In this document: one piece after another, positions 51,982-63,590 of the stretch | Numbering within the stretch: position 1 is the stretch's first letter | How the letters are laid out: each line of letters opens with the position of its first letter | Source of the DNA: Octopus vulgaris | Taxonomy: Eukaryota | Length of the DNA stretch: 64,000 nt | Assembly: GCA_951406725.2 (NCBI GenBank) | Contig: OX597843.1 | Coordinates: 15,252,001-15,316,000 of the forward strand | Direction: 5' to 3' | Notes under the pieces: generated by a model | Database searches by the model: none | Seen by the model: only the letters and a program-made list of their open reading frames with translations | What the model was told of the DNA's origin: nothing | Program-made: the position numbers and the translations under genes

Positions 51982-52608
51982 CAATAATCCCTCGACTGTC
52001 ACAGGTGTTATGTTCCAAAAGCCCCTGCGATAGGTGGAAATCCGAGAAGTAGAAACAGTCCTGTACTGTATACTTTTTAATAATATTTTTATAATTTGTA
52101 TATATTTATTACTAGCAGCATAGCCCAGCGTTGCCCAGGTATGTAAGAGCCCCTAGTAGGCAACGACTAATCCCAATCTAGTCCTTTCCCTCTAGGGAAT
52201 GAAGGCGCATGTGTAGGTTGCAATGTCTTCTCTTCACTCGAATACTTCTATGTATACGATGTTCCTAGCTGTCTCCCGATAGAAAATGTGTTGCATATAA
52301 AAAGCTTAGATTCTCGACCCGATGTCGAATTTATTGATTTTTTCAGAACTGGGGAAACTTTTCAAACTTTTCGCTGCGTTAGTTTTGAATTATGACATTG
52401 GGCTATGGGTGTGTCAAGTTTCATCAGAATCGGTTGAAAGCCGTGGTCAGGGTGAGGGTACAACCTGACAGACACACAGACACACAAACTGCCGTTTATA
52501 TATATAGAGAAGAGATATTCTAAAGGCAAAACAACACCATGGAGGAATCGACGCAAGCTTAATTAATAAACCGAGACAGGTGAACCGTGATTGGGCGAGG
52601 GATTACTG
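51982..52608. mobile_element. pogo/Tigger-like MITE interrupted by a Helitron-like copy (52112-52510, minus)
   Basis: TA|CAATAATCCCTCG ... CGAGGGATTACTG ends; the inner element matches 51006-51521 in reverse. Confidence 0.65.
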
Positions 52609-52694
52609 CATATATAAATATACATTTATTACACACATGTGAGTGAGAACACTTTGAGATATTTTTGGTATCTAACATATGTCAGATACTGCGA

Positions 52695-53010
52695 GCGCTG
52701 CTTCTGATTGGTCAATCCATGGTGATGACCCGAGGTCACGGTGACAGCACTGCTTCTGATTGGTCAATCCATGGTGATGACCCGAGGTCACGGTGACGGC
52801 ACTGCTTCTGATTGGTCAATCCATGGTGATGACCCGAGGTCACGGTGACAGCACTGCTTCTGATTGGTCAATCCATGGTGATGACCCGAGGTCACGGTGA
52901 CGGCACTGCTTCTGATTGGTCAATCCATGGTGATGACCCGAGGTCACGGTGACAGCGCTGCTTCTGATTGGTCAATCCATGGTGATGACCCGAGGTCACG
53001 GTGACGGCAC
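52695..53010. repeat. 52-bp tandem repeat x 6
   Basis: GC(A/G)CTGCTTCTGATTGGTCAATCCATGGTGATGACCCGAGGTCACGGTGAC(A/G). Confidence 0.95.
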
Positions 53011-53101
53011 AACTTTTGTCATTCATAAGTTACAACTAAACGTGAAGAATTTAGTTATTGGGTTAATAAAATATGGTCGTTTATTCGTGTGTAATAAATA
53101 A

Positions 53102-53245
53102 AATACGAAACTCATTCCCTATGGATACCGTATTTATTATAACGAGTGGCTTGTAAACGTATCTAACTCGCTTTCGCTCGTTAGATACGTTTACAAGCCA
53201 CTCGTTGTAATAAATACGGTATCCATAGGGAATTAGTTTGGTATT
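53102..53245. repeat. 66-bp-arm hairpin with a 12-nt loop
   Basis: Arms 53102-53167 and 53180-53245, three non-Watson-Crick positions; loop TCGCTTTCGCTC. Confidence 0.93.
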
Positions 53246-53439
53246 CTCTCTCTCTCTATATATATATATATATAAAACACAGATAGTTTTTTTGCCAATT
53301 ATATACTTTTTATTTATTATTTTGTACTTTACTTAATTATTGGTATATTTAATTTTTCTCTATATGGTATAATTTAATTATATCATTGTTATTTCATTGT
53401 TAAATTGATAAAAGGTGGTTCTTCTCTAATTTATATATA

Positions 53440-54075
53440 TCATCATCATCATCATCATCATCGTTTAGCGTCCGCTTTCCATGCTAGCATGGGTTGGACG
53501 GGTCAACTGGGGTCTGTGAAGCTGGAAGGCTTCGTCAGGCCCAGTCAGATCTGGCAGTGTTTCTACAGCTGGATGCCCTTCCTAGCGCCAACCACTCCGC
53601 GAGTGTAGTGGGTGTTTTTTACGTGCCACCTGCACAGGTGCCAGACAGAGCTGGTGAACGGCCACGAGCGGATGGTGCTTTTACGTGTCACCGGCACGGG
53701 GCCAGGCGAGGCTGGCAACGGACACGAGCGGATGGTGCTTTTACGTGCCACCGACACGGTTGCCAGGCGATGCTGGCAAACGGCCACGAGCGGACGGTGC
53801 TTTTACGTGTCACCGGCACGGGGGCCAGCTGAGGCTGGCAACGGACACGGACGGATGGTGCTTTTACGTGCCACCGACACGGGGCCAGACAGAGCTGGCA
53901 CACAGCCACGAACGGATGGTGCTTTTACGTGTCACCGGCACGGGGGCCAGCTGAGGCTGGCAACGGACATGGACGGATGGTGCTTTTACGTGCCACCGAC
54001 ACGGGGCCAGACAGAGCTGGCAAACGGCCACGAACGGATGGTGCTTTTACGTGTCACCATCCGTTCGTGGCCGTT
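53440..54075 (-). mobile_element. RTE 3'-UTR-derived retroposon with ~61-bp repeats and a short 5' inversion
   Basis: Family match to 708-1310; 54055-54075 is the reverse complement of 54022-54043. Confidence 0.8.
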
Positions 54076-54334
54076 TAGATATATATACACACACACATAT
54101 ATATCTGTAATATAATATGTGACAATTATTTGGTTGCCATAATAAAACTCCAAGTTCCAGGTGTTGGGGCGAAAATCTGCTCTGGCATCTCGTCAGTTAT
54201 TAAGACAAACATTTTATGGCAACTGAATAATTGTTGTATATTACATTTACAGATAAATTCCTCTATTTACTTAATATCAAGGTCTCAATCATTCTTTTGT
54301 TGTCAAACTATTACTATTAAACATACATACATAT

Positions 54335-54750
54335 GGCGCAGGAGTGGCTGTATGGTAAGTAGCTTGCTAACCAACCACACGGTTCCGGGTTCAGTCCCAC
54401 TGCGTGGCATCTTGGGCAAGTGTCTTCCGCTATAGCCTCGGGCCAACCAAAGCCTTATGAGTGGATTTGGTAGACGGAAACTGAAAGAAGCCTGTCGTAT
54501 ATATGTATGTATATATATATATATGCGTGTGTGTGTTTGTGTTTGTCCCCCTAGCATTGCTTGACAACCGATGCTGGTGTGTTTACGTCCCCGTCACTTA
54601 GTGGTTCGGCAAAAGAGACCGATAGAATAAGTACTGGGCTTACAAAGAATAAGTCCCGGGGTCGATTTGCTCGACTAAAGGCGGAGCTCCAGCATGGCCG
54701 CAGTCAAATGACTTAAACAAGTAAAAACAAAAACAAAACAAAAACAAACA
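54335..54750 (+). mobile_element. SINE family A, full length
   Basis: Family match. Confidence 0.88.
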
Positions 54751-54980
54751 TACATATATATATATATTTATATATTTATATATTTATATATATATATGAA
54801 TGTATGTTGGTATGTGTCTATGTTTATGTTTGTTCCATAACCATTGCTTGACAACCCGTGTTGGTGTGTTTACGTCAAAAGGGGTCAACATAGGAAGCGC
54901 CAGGCTGACAAAGAAAATGCCCACTGCCCCTACATACATCCCTACATATATATATATATAAACAAGAAACAAAAACTTAC

Positions 54981-55054
54981 CCCTTTCCAAAGGTATTTCT
55001 CTGGTTCATTAATTAAGTGATTTTCTAGAAGTTTAGAAGCTGGAAACATCATCA
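54981..55054 (-). CDS. AAAP transporter exon (V-MMFPASKLLENHLINEPEKYLWKG)
   Basis: tctttttgcag / gtaagt, phase 1 to 0; completes TYPVMMFP. Confidence 0.92.
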
Positions 55055-55688
55055 CTGCAAAAAGATGTGGAGAAATTTCATGGTTTCATACCCTGGATAG
55101 GTTTCTAGTCCTGTATAGAAGTTTCACTACAAACACACACACACACAATTACAAGTGTCAGCTCATGTTTACTTGTAGTTTAAATACCACTAAAAGTGGT
55201 TCAGTAGCTTCTGGGAAAACACTTTTATTTAATCTTCTTAAACTCAAACCAGAAATTAGGATTAAAAGAAGATCCTTTGTGAATAAATCCAAAGGTGTTA
55301 ATCCCTTGACCCTTGACATGTTGACTTTAAAATTACTTTAAAATTTAAAAACTAAAAGAACAGAAAATAAATGAGATCTGAATATGATTATCTGTTGTAA
55401 ATGGGAAATGGAAAAAAATGGAAGAAAAAGAAATAAAAAAATATAGAAGAGAAATTCTGCAGCACAACAAAAAAAAACATTAAGGGGAGAGAACTACATA
55501 AATATTAATTCTGCATCCCTGTCATCATCACCCAGACCTGCATAAATACAATGTTGTATTTTAGCAGATTTGGGTACCTTTGTCCAGTTACAAAATATAC
55601 ACCTATCAGTGTGTTTACATTGAGTGAATGTCTCCAATTTTTATTTATTTAAATACATACCGGTTATTAATAAGTTTTTCAGCATTAA

Positions 55689-55889
55689 CCTTTTAGTACT
55701 TAAACTGGCCACATCCAGCCCAAAGATGCCACCTGTTTTATGTTCAAACTGAGCAGATCCAGCCTCTTTCACCTACCCTATGATGTTATTCTAAGAATAA
55801 AGAAAACCTTGAAGCTATGAGATAATGCATGACTAATTCAAAACAATATCAATAAATAATCCTTACATTTGACAGCGAATGCTAAAGAG
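55689..55889. mobile_element. piggyBac-like MITE (related remnants at 40030-40450)
   Basis: TTAA|CCTTTTAG...CTAAAGAG|TTAA. Confidence 0.55.
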
Positions 55890-55899
55890 TTAATCATTT

Positions 55900-57240
55900 T
55901 CAACTCTGTGGAGGCAACAGCTTTTGCTACTAATTACATAGGGCCCAGCTCTTTTGCCAACCCTCCAGTTATTGTTGTCCATGGTTCCTTTTTCTTTTTT
56001 TAAGGGCAGATGTAAAATTGAGCCTTTTCTTATATTTTGTTTATCTGTGTCCCTGAAGGAACAGGTTTGACTGACAAAATCTTTTGGCAGGTCTTTCTGT
56101 TTGAAGTATTTAAGAGTGGTGGAAAGGACCAGGTTTATAGACTTAACCTCACGCCTCATGTACAATAGTCTCTTCATTGCAGGATCTATTCCATGGCTAT
56201 GTGGTGCTGTCCCTACACATGCAACCAGTCTCAATGAGAAGAGTTACTTTAAGTGACATAATTTGCTTCAAGTTAGCAGTGCAGCTGAAACTAACTTTAA
56301 TCCATGCCTGACATGAGTATGGCATGTGATACACAGGACATATTTCTCTGGCATCCATGCATCAGATATGATACACAATCCTAATTTTTTCAACCACAAG
56401 AGTAATTCAGGACTTATGAAAAGAAAGCTTTATATTATTCAGCATGTATAAAAACAAAGGATAACTGTAAAAAAATAAGCATGGGTGTTCAGGACAAGCA
56501 AAGGGTTCGTATGCTTATTTAACAGTTTACTGTACCTATGGCTAGTGGGGAAGTACTTATCTATTAAACTTAGGAAGGCTTTGCCATGTTGAACTTCAAC
56601 ATTAGTGAGTGGAAGGGGCTGTGAACTGAATGATGACACATTTACTTTTTGGATAATAGGGGGTACAGCTAATTTTATGTTTGAACCCATTTGTGCTCCA
56701 GGCCAATGCTAAGGGTAAGAAGGTGCTCTATCCAGACAACAATTTCAAAATCCTTCTACTGATGTCATTTATAAAGTTCTTTGATACCAAACAGGAATGG
56801 TATGAACCCATGTTTATGTAAGCATAACAATTTATTTTTGGTTTTCTAAAGGGATTACAATTTTAGCCATTGCTTAGTTTATCTCTACAGTGATTTTAAT
56901 ACTAAGAAAAGGTGATCACACAGGCAAGCTTTACATTTGATATTCTAAAGAGCTTCTATGAGCTAGAACCCAAAGTTATTCTTTAGTTTGTCTTTACAAA
57001 GATCTTAAAATATCTAAATGTTTTCAAGAATGTCCTTTTTTATCGTATCTAAATTATGTCCATTTGTTTTACTCAGAAGCAGTTAAACCATCATCTCTGT
57101 GTAAACCAAAATCTACAGATGACAACATTTTCTTTACTTTAAGTACCTAACATCTTTCATCCCATGGGATCACGTATATCCATCTTAACAGACTCCTTGC
57201 CAAATGCAGTCTTCCTACTAACTTCTACATCACCATCATC
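55900..57240 (-). mobile_element. Degenerate Penelope-like element
   Basis: GKAFLSLIDKYFP.SHRYSKLLNKHT and W.V.KRAGPY..SSKSCCL..E resemble the PLE post-RT and GIY-YIG regions. Confidence 0.6.
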
Positions 57241-58108
57241 TATTGTGAAGTTAAAGGCTAAAGACTCCTTTGGTATGAACGACCATGGAATTGCATCTAG
57301 AATGTTCCCCTCCGAGGCACGGTTGTTTTATGGAAGAACAGCAGTCGCTCATGCATACCAGCCTCTCCTCTCCACGATGGGAAAGACAAAAACCAATACA
57401 GCTTGGCACCAGTGACATTGCAACTCATTTCTACAGATGAATGAACTGTCTTAACACACAGCCTGGTCCAAGAATTGAACTCACTACAGGATTGTAAGCC
57501 CAATGCCCCAATGACTGAGCCACACACCATTTTTATTGTAAAATATTTCCAGCAAATTCTTATCTTTCGCTAGCTTCAGTCATTAAACTGTGGCCATGCT
57601 GGGGCATCACCTCGATGGGTTTTAGTAAAAAAAAAATCAACCCCAGTATTGTATTTCAAGTCTGGTACTTATTCTATCAGTCTCTTTTATTGAACTGCTA
57701 AGTGATGGGGGACATAAACAAACTAACATTGGTTGTCAAGTGGTTTATGGGTAAGTAACAAACAGACACGATGGGCTTCCATATAGTTTCCATCTACCAA
57801 ATTCACTTCCAAGAGAGAGTTGGTTAAGGTGCCACACAGTGGGACCGAACCCAAAACCATGTGCTTCTTAAGCCTATAAACTATAAACATAACTGTGACT
57901 GCACCTATAACAAAAAAGAACAATTTGGATACTGTAGTCCTAGCTACACTAGGCCATAGATAAAAGTGGACCTGGGATAAACAACCTCAACAACAACAAC
58001 TCATCTAAAAAAAAAAAGAGACAAGTAAAAATAGGAAGAGGGGAAAAGAAACGAGGGAGATAGAGAATGAGTTAGGGGTTCAAAAAGTGATAGAGAGGGG
58101 CCACTTAC

Positions 58109-58177
58109 CTGGGTATGTGAAAAACATTGACAGGCAGAGAAATGACTTGACTATCATTGCAAAGTCCAGTGACTTCC
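58109..58177 (-). CDS. AAAP transporter exon (G-KSLDFAMIVKSFLCLSMFFTYP)
   Basis: ctattctcag / gtaagt, phase 1 to 1; FTYP motif. Confidence 0.92.
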
Positions 58178-58487
58178 CTGAGAATAGATAAGAAAAATAC
58201 AGTGAAGAAAGCCACCACGCATCATCAGGTTATACACACACACACACACATACATACACATACATACACAAGAGCTAAGGAGTGAAATTTTTCAGTTTCC
58301 GTCTACCAAATCCACTCACAAGGCTTTGGTTGGCCTAAGGCTATAGTAGAAGACACTTGCTCAAGGTGCCATGCAGTGGGACTGAACCAGGAACCATGTG
58401 GTTGGTAAACAAGCTTCTTACTACACAACCATGCCTGCACCTAAATATATATACATATGCATATTTATATAGACGTATACGTACATA

Positions 58488-58527
<40 letters not shown>

Positions 58528-58548
58528 AATATGCATATACACACACAT

Positions 58549-58585
<37 letters not shown>

Positions 58586-58870
58586 GACAGACTGACAAAC
58601 AAAGAGACAGACAGACTGACAAACAAACAGACAGACATATAGAGAGACAGACAGAGAGACAGAGAGATAACGTAGATAGATAAACGGATAGATATTAATA
58701 CCTCTTCTCAAAACAAGGGACATATCAGGTAACATGATCCAAGATACACTATACCTGAATAAATGACAGCTTGATCATCACAGCTGGAATATCTTTGGTT
58801 TATAGGTCAACTGGATCGGGACTGACCTGGGGTTAAACAAATGACCAAGGAAATAGGAGAGGATACTCAC

Positions 58871-58919
58871 CTTTTGGAAGATTGAGTGTGATGATAGGGT
58901 TGGTCGCTTTTCCAAATGA
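58871..58919 (-). CDS. AAAP transporter exon (SFGKATNPIITLNLPK)
   Basis: accaccag / gtgagt, phase 0 to 1; ITLNLP motif. Confidence 0.92.
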
Positions 58920-59059
58920 CTGGTGGTGTGTGAATGGCCACAGGGATAGGAGAGAACAAGGGGTCGCCGAGGAGGAAGAGAAAAAGGAAAATGAAATAAG
59001 AAGACTTCGAAAGAGGAGAGAAAAATTCAAAAGTATAATTGTAATCATCTGTCATGTAG

Positions 59060-59110
<51 letters not shown>

Positions 59111-60029
59111 CAGCTGGGGTAACTCTCATGTATGTATGTGTAAATACATACAAACATAGTAAATGATGATGATGATGGTTGTTGGCATCATTATCTAATG
59201 TCTGCTTTCCATGCTGGCATGGGTTGGACGGTTTGATAGGGAGTTGTATCAAGCTCCGATGCCATCTTTAGAATGGTTCCTATGGACGGAGGTCTTTCTT
59301 AATGTCAACCCCTTTACAGAGTATACTGGGTGCTTTTTCTGTGGCACCAGCACTAGTGAGGTAGCCATGTAACTTGCAGGACTGGAAAAGGAAAGAGAAC
59401 AAAGAGAAAGAAAGGAGGGGAAGCTCCCATTACCGAGAAGAAGGGTAAGGTAGAGATGAGTGACTATGTGGCAGATGGGCAAACACAGGTGTCTTGATAT
59501 AAAAGAAATATCGGGTCATCCCATAAATAATGCGCTATTTTCAATTGCATTAGCTAAGCGTGGGACAGGATAAACTACTTGCATCAACTTGCTATAAAAG
59601 CAGGTAGTAGCTTTACCTTGAGCTTATTCTTAGTGTAAATTTTGAAGAGTGCAGTTCGATTTTAGCAGTTACTCTTTTAAAAGCTATATTGGAAGTGACA
59701 TAGGAGTATATTTGGCATATTTTGCTTTCTGCGTTTAATAAAGGCTGCAATGCAATGGAAAGGGCAAGGAATATTAATGCTGTTGTTTGGATATACGACC
59801 GTACGCGAGGGAGTTTCGGTGACATATTTTATCCTCTTGTTCAACAGCATCCGGCCGCATCCCAACATAATGTGACGTAATGTTATGCAAGCCATAATAC
59901 GTGTTTAATATACGGTGCCAAAGTAAATGTATAAAGGAACGCCAAAAACCGTTCTACTTTTATAAAGAGAAGATAGATTTTATTCACAGTGTACAAAGTG
60001 ATTTGTTTTTATTAGCGTAGTGTTGTGTC

Positions 60030-60395
60030 ATAATAATAATAATAATAATGAAATTATTGTATACAGTGCTCAGGTGCACCACAACTTGTCAGAAAGTGCA
60101 TATAAAGTACATGCAGCAATGTAGAAATGTCTGGAAAGTGAACATGCTTGTGTGTGTATGGAGGGGAGAAAATCAGGTGTAGTGTTGTCGAATCTCAGGA
60201 AGCATGGAAGTTTTGAAGGATGCAGTGCTCCGACAACTAACAACTGATGCCGGCAGTTTGTTCCACGCTTCAGCAACTCTCAGCGTGAAAAAATGTTTCC
60301 TGAAGTCATGGGAGCTGTGCTGTTTTCTTACTTTGTAAATATGTCCACGGGTGTTAGATGGGTGGAGTTTGAAGAGGTGCTCAGAGTTATTGTTT
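60030..60395 (-). mobile_element. CR1-type LINE 3' fragment
   Basis: SNTRGHIYKVRKQHSSHDFRKHFFTLRVAEAWNKLP; (ATT)n tail. Confidence 0.82.
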
Positions 60396-60899
60396 GTGCG
60401 ATGGTTGTGTCTGTGTGTTTGTGTGTGCGACAAAAGTACAGAAATAAGGTTTATGCAAATACAACAGAGCATAAAAGAAATCTCAACATTTTGAGTTTAA
60501 ATGAAGTTACTTTAGAGTTATTTTACCAGTTCATGTAGTACACGATAATGAGTTCTATACAAGATTTGAGTCTCAGAGCTGAGATTAGTTGAGTCACTTG
60601 TTGTGCATATTTTTCTCTTGATATAGATATTCTTTCAGATATATATACTGCAACTGTCTTTCCATGGTGAGATTTTCACACTAACAGCATGAGTTGAATC
60701 TGTATTTATCTTGTTGTGTACAAGTTGAAATCTTTGTAGATGGAGACGATGTTGGTGATGGCGTTATGTCTGTCACCTGGTTTACAATAGTGTCTTCATA
60801 TTATGGTTGGCTTGTTTGTCGTCTGCCTTTTGAACTGGAACATGGTTGAGTAAGCTCTGTGTGGTCTCCGACTAAGACCTTAAAAGGTCTCAAGCCAAA

Positions 60900-62045
60900 A
60901 GACAGTGAATCGTGATATGATCAGCCTATTTAAAGAGTTAAGATGGCTCAAATGAAAAGTCCTATCCGAAAGCCGTGATTGGTCAGTTTACACACTGGCT
61001 CAAGATAAGTGGAGAGACAGACCACGCTTAGATGCTGACCAATCAGATCAGAGGACACAACAAGGTTAAACTAGCCAAAGATGTTTGTAATCTCAAACGA
61101 GATCATTCTTAATATTTTTCTCAAACAGTGAAGATAGCAATGAAGAAAACAATATTGCTACACTGTATATGGGGATTGGACAATAAGCAGAAGCCAGTGT
61201 CAACGGTGGTTCCAGAAATTCTAAGCCGGAAACAACAGCCTAGAAGACAAGCCTCGTCCCGGAAGATCTGTAGAGCTGGACAAGGACGTCCTGCAAACCC
61301 TGGTGGAACAAAATCTCATTGTAATTGTTGGATTTGGTCATTCAACCATTCATCGACCCCTGCTTGGATTTGGTCATTCAACCATTCATAGACCCCTGCT
61401 TGGATTTGGTCATTCAACCATTCATCGACCCCTGCTTGGATTTGGTCATTCAACCATTCATGGACCCCTGCTTGGATTTGGTCATTCAACCATTCATCGA
61501 CCCCTGCTTGGATTTGGTCATTCAACCATTCATCGACCCCTGCTTGGATTTGGTCATCCAACCATTCATCGACCCCTGCTTGGATTTGGTCATTCAACCA
61601 TTCATCGACCCCTGCTTGGATTTGGTCATTCAACCATTCATCGACCCCTGCTTGGATTTGGTCATCCAACCATTCATCGACCCCTGCTTAGATCTGGTCA
61701 TTCAACCATTCATCGACCCCTGCTTGGATTTGGTCATCCAACCATTCATCGACCCCTGCTTAGATTTGGTCATTCAACCATTCATCGACCCCTGCGTGCC
61801 ATCGGAAAAGTCAGCAAATTGAGTCAATGGGTTCCTCACAAACTTTCACAGTTTAATCGCACGCAGGGAGTGAATGTGTGCTCTTCTTTGCTGTCACATA
61901 CCTGAGATGTCTCGCAAGTCTACCAGGTAGATGGAAGAGCGTTGTAAAAAGTGAAGGAGACTATATTTTAGATCAAAGAAGAACTCTGATTATCTTAAGT
62001 TTGAAAATAAAATAAGTATAAAAAAAAAACACACTATTTATGAGA
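60900..62045 (+). mobile_element. Mariner remnant with 36-bp x 13 tandem expansion (61328-61795)
   Basis: STIHR.LRAIGKVSKLSQWVPHKLS (mariner WVPHEL motif) and C-terminal LPGRWKSVV..EGDYI. Confidence 0.82.
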
Positions 62046-62332
62046 TAAGAGGAAGGTCGTGATGGGTGCTGGATCAAATTTTTAATGGAGCAGAAGGTGA
62101 GCATAAGAGAGAACAGACTGTTGGATTATGGAAGGGAATACACACACACACATATATATATATATATACAAGGAGAATTCACACAAAAACCAAAAAAAAA
62201 ACAAAAGATGAAGACAGGTGGTGTAGACAACAAACAAATGTATTAGGTTAACGTTCGGGAAGTGAAAAAGTCTTTGACATTTTAAGCCTATATATGTATA
62301 GGCTGATCTGAGATTGTGTACTGGAACGAAAG

Positions 62333-63113
62333 CAATTGCAGTGTGGAAGGTGTTTATAAGCCATTAAAGAAACACACAAAAACCGTTAGATTCACTTCAA
62401 CATTTAAATTTTAATTTGCCAAAATATTTTCGTTGCTTTGAAACCATGACTATTGGACTATTGGCAAAGACTCAAAACCTTGAAGATGTACTCAATAGAA
62501 AGAAGATTTGAGCGATACCGAATTATATACATTTGGAAAATGATAGAGCAAAAGGTGCCAAACTTTGGTATCAAAACCTACCACTCACTGCGCCACGGAA
62601 GACGCTGCCAGCTACCACCAATCAACAAAAAGGCTGGCCAGGCAGCAAAAGCTCTGCGAGAATCAAGTCTGTTGGTTCGAGGAGCACAACTATTCAACTC
62701 CATTCCGGTACATGTCAGAAATCTATCAGGATGCAGTGTGGAATCATTCAAATTGCAGCTGGATAGATACTTAAGCACCATTAGAGATGAACCCCATCTC
62801 CCAGGATATACACAACGAGCACAAACTGACTCAAACTCGCTCCTACACATGTCAAAATTAAACAGAGAATACAACCTGGCAACCACGCCAGACTCTGAGG
62901 GTGGAGTCTTCGACTTGGCCTGAGCATGGACTCAAACTCAAATGAAATGAAATGACCTGTTCACTGTGATGCAGCACAGAATTTTGTCAGTGACAGGTCG
63001 CGGTCTCAAAGCGTTGAAAATATTTTGGCAAATTAAATTTAAATGTTGAAGTGAATCTAACGGTTTTTGTGTGTTCCTTAAATGGCTTATAAACACCTTC
63101 CACACTGCAATTG
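62333..63113. mobile_element. ~125-bp inverted repeat (Penelope pLTR-like) with a LINE inserted in the left arm
   Basis: 62333-62450 plus 62952-62966 is the reverse complement of 62988-63113. Confidence 0.7.
62451..62951 (+). mobile_element. CR1/Jockey-group LINE 3' end with open C-terminal ORF (62453-62923)
   Basis: YWQRLKTLKMYSIERRFERYRIIYIWK...LFNSIP...FKLQLDRYL; (TGAAA)n tail; ATGAC duplicated at the ends. Confidence 0.85.
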
Positions 63114-63523
63114 TTTATATATCCATCCACACATACAGTGCTAGATGACCCCCACCTCCCCTCGGATTCAGTCTTGCAAGTTGCATGGCAACCGTCAGTG
63201 CTGATGGCAGGTAAAAAGCACCCAGTACTTTTATGTCAGTGTGTGTGGGTTTGTGTGAGTGTGCGTATATATGTATGTATGTATGTATATATGTGTGGAT
63301 GTGTGTGTGTGTGTAAATATGTAATTATATGGTTGAATTAACGCTCAGATTATTTAGAGTACTTTATTTGGCTGAACATATCAACATATAATGTGTGTAT
63401 GAATGTTCACACTCATACACAGGTAATAGACAGATAGATAGATGTGTGTATGTGTGTGTGTGTGTATATATATATATACACACACACAAAACCAGATGAA
63501 GTAACAGCAAAAGTTTTACTTAC

Positions 63524-63590
63524 TAAATATCCACAAACACCAAATGCTATGTACAGGAATGTGACCAATATCATGGTTGATATGAAAACA
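63524..63590 (-). CDS. AAAP transporter exon (VFISTMILVTFLYIAFGVCGYL); gene continues beyond the window
   Basis: ttgtttacag / gtaagt, phase 2 to 0; FG..GYL joins SFG of the next exon. Confidence 0.92.

Noticed and set aside
59613-59895. Minus-strand ORFs as additional transporter exons
   Set aside because: Exons 63524-63590 and 58871-58919 already join in phase as GYL-SFG, and these ORFs have no AAAP similarity
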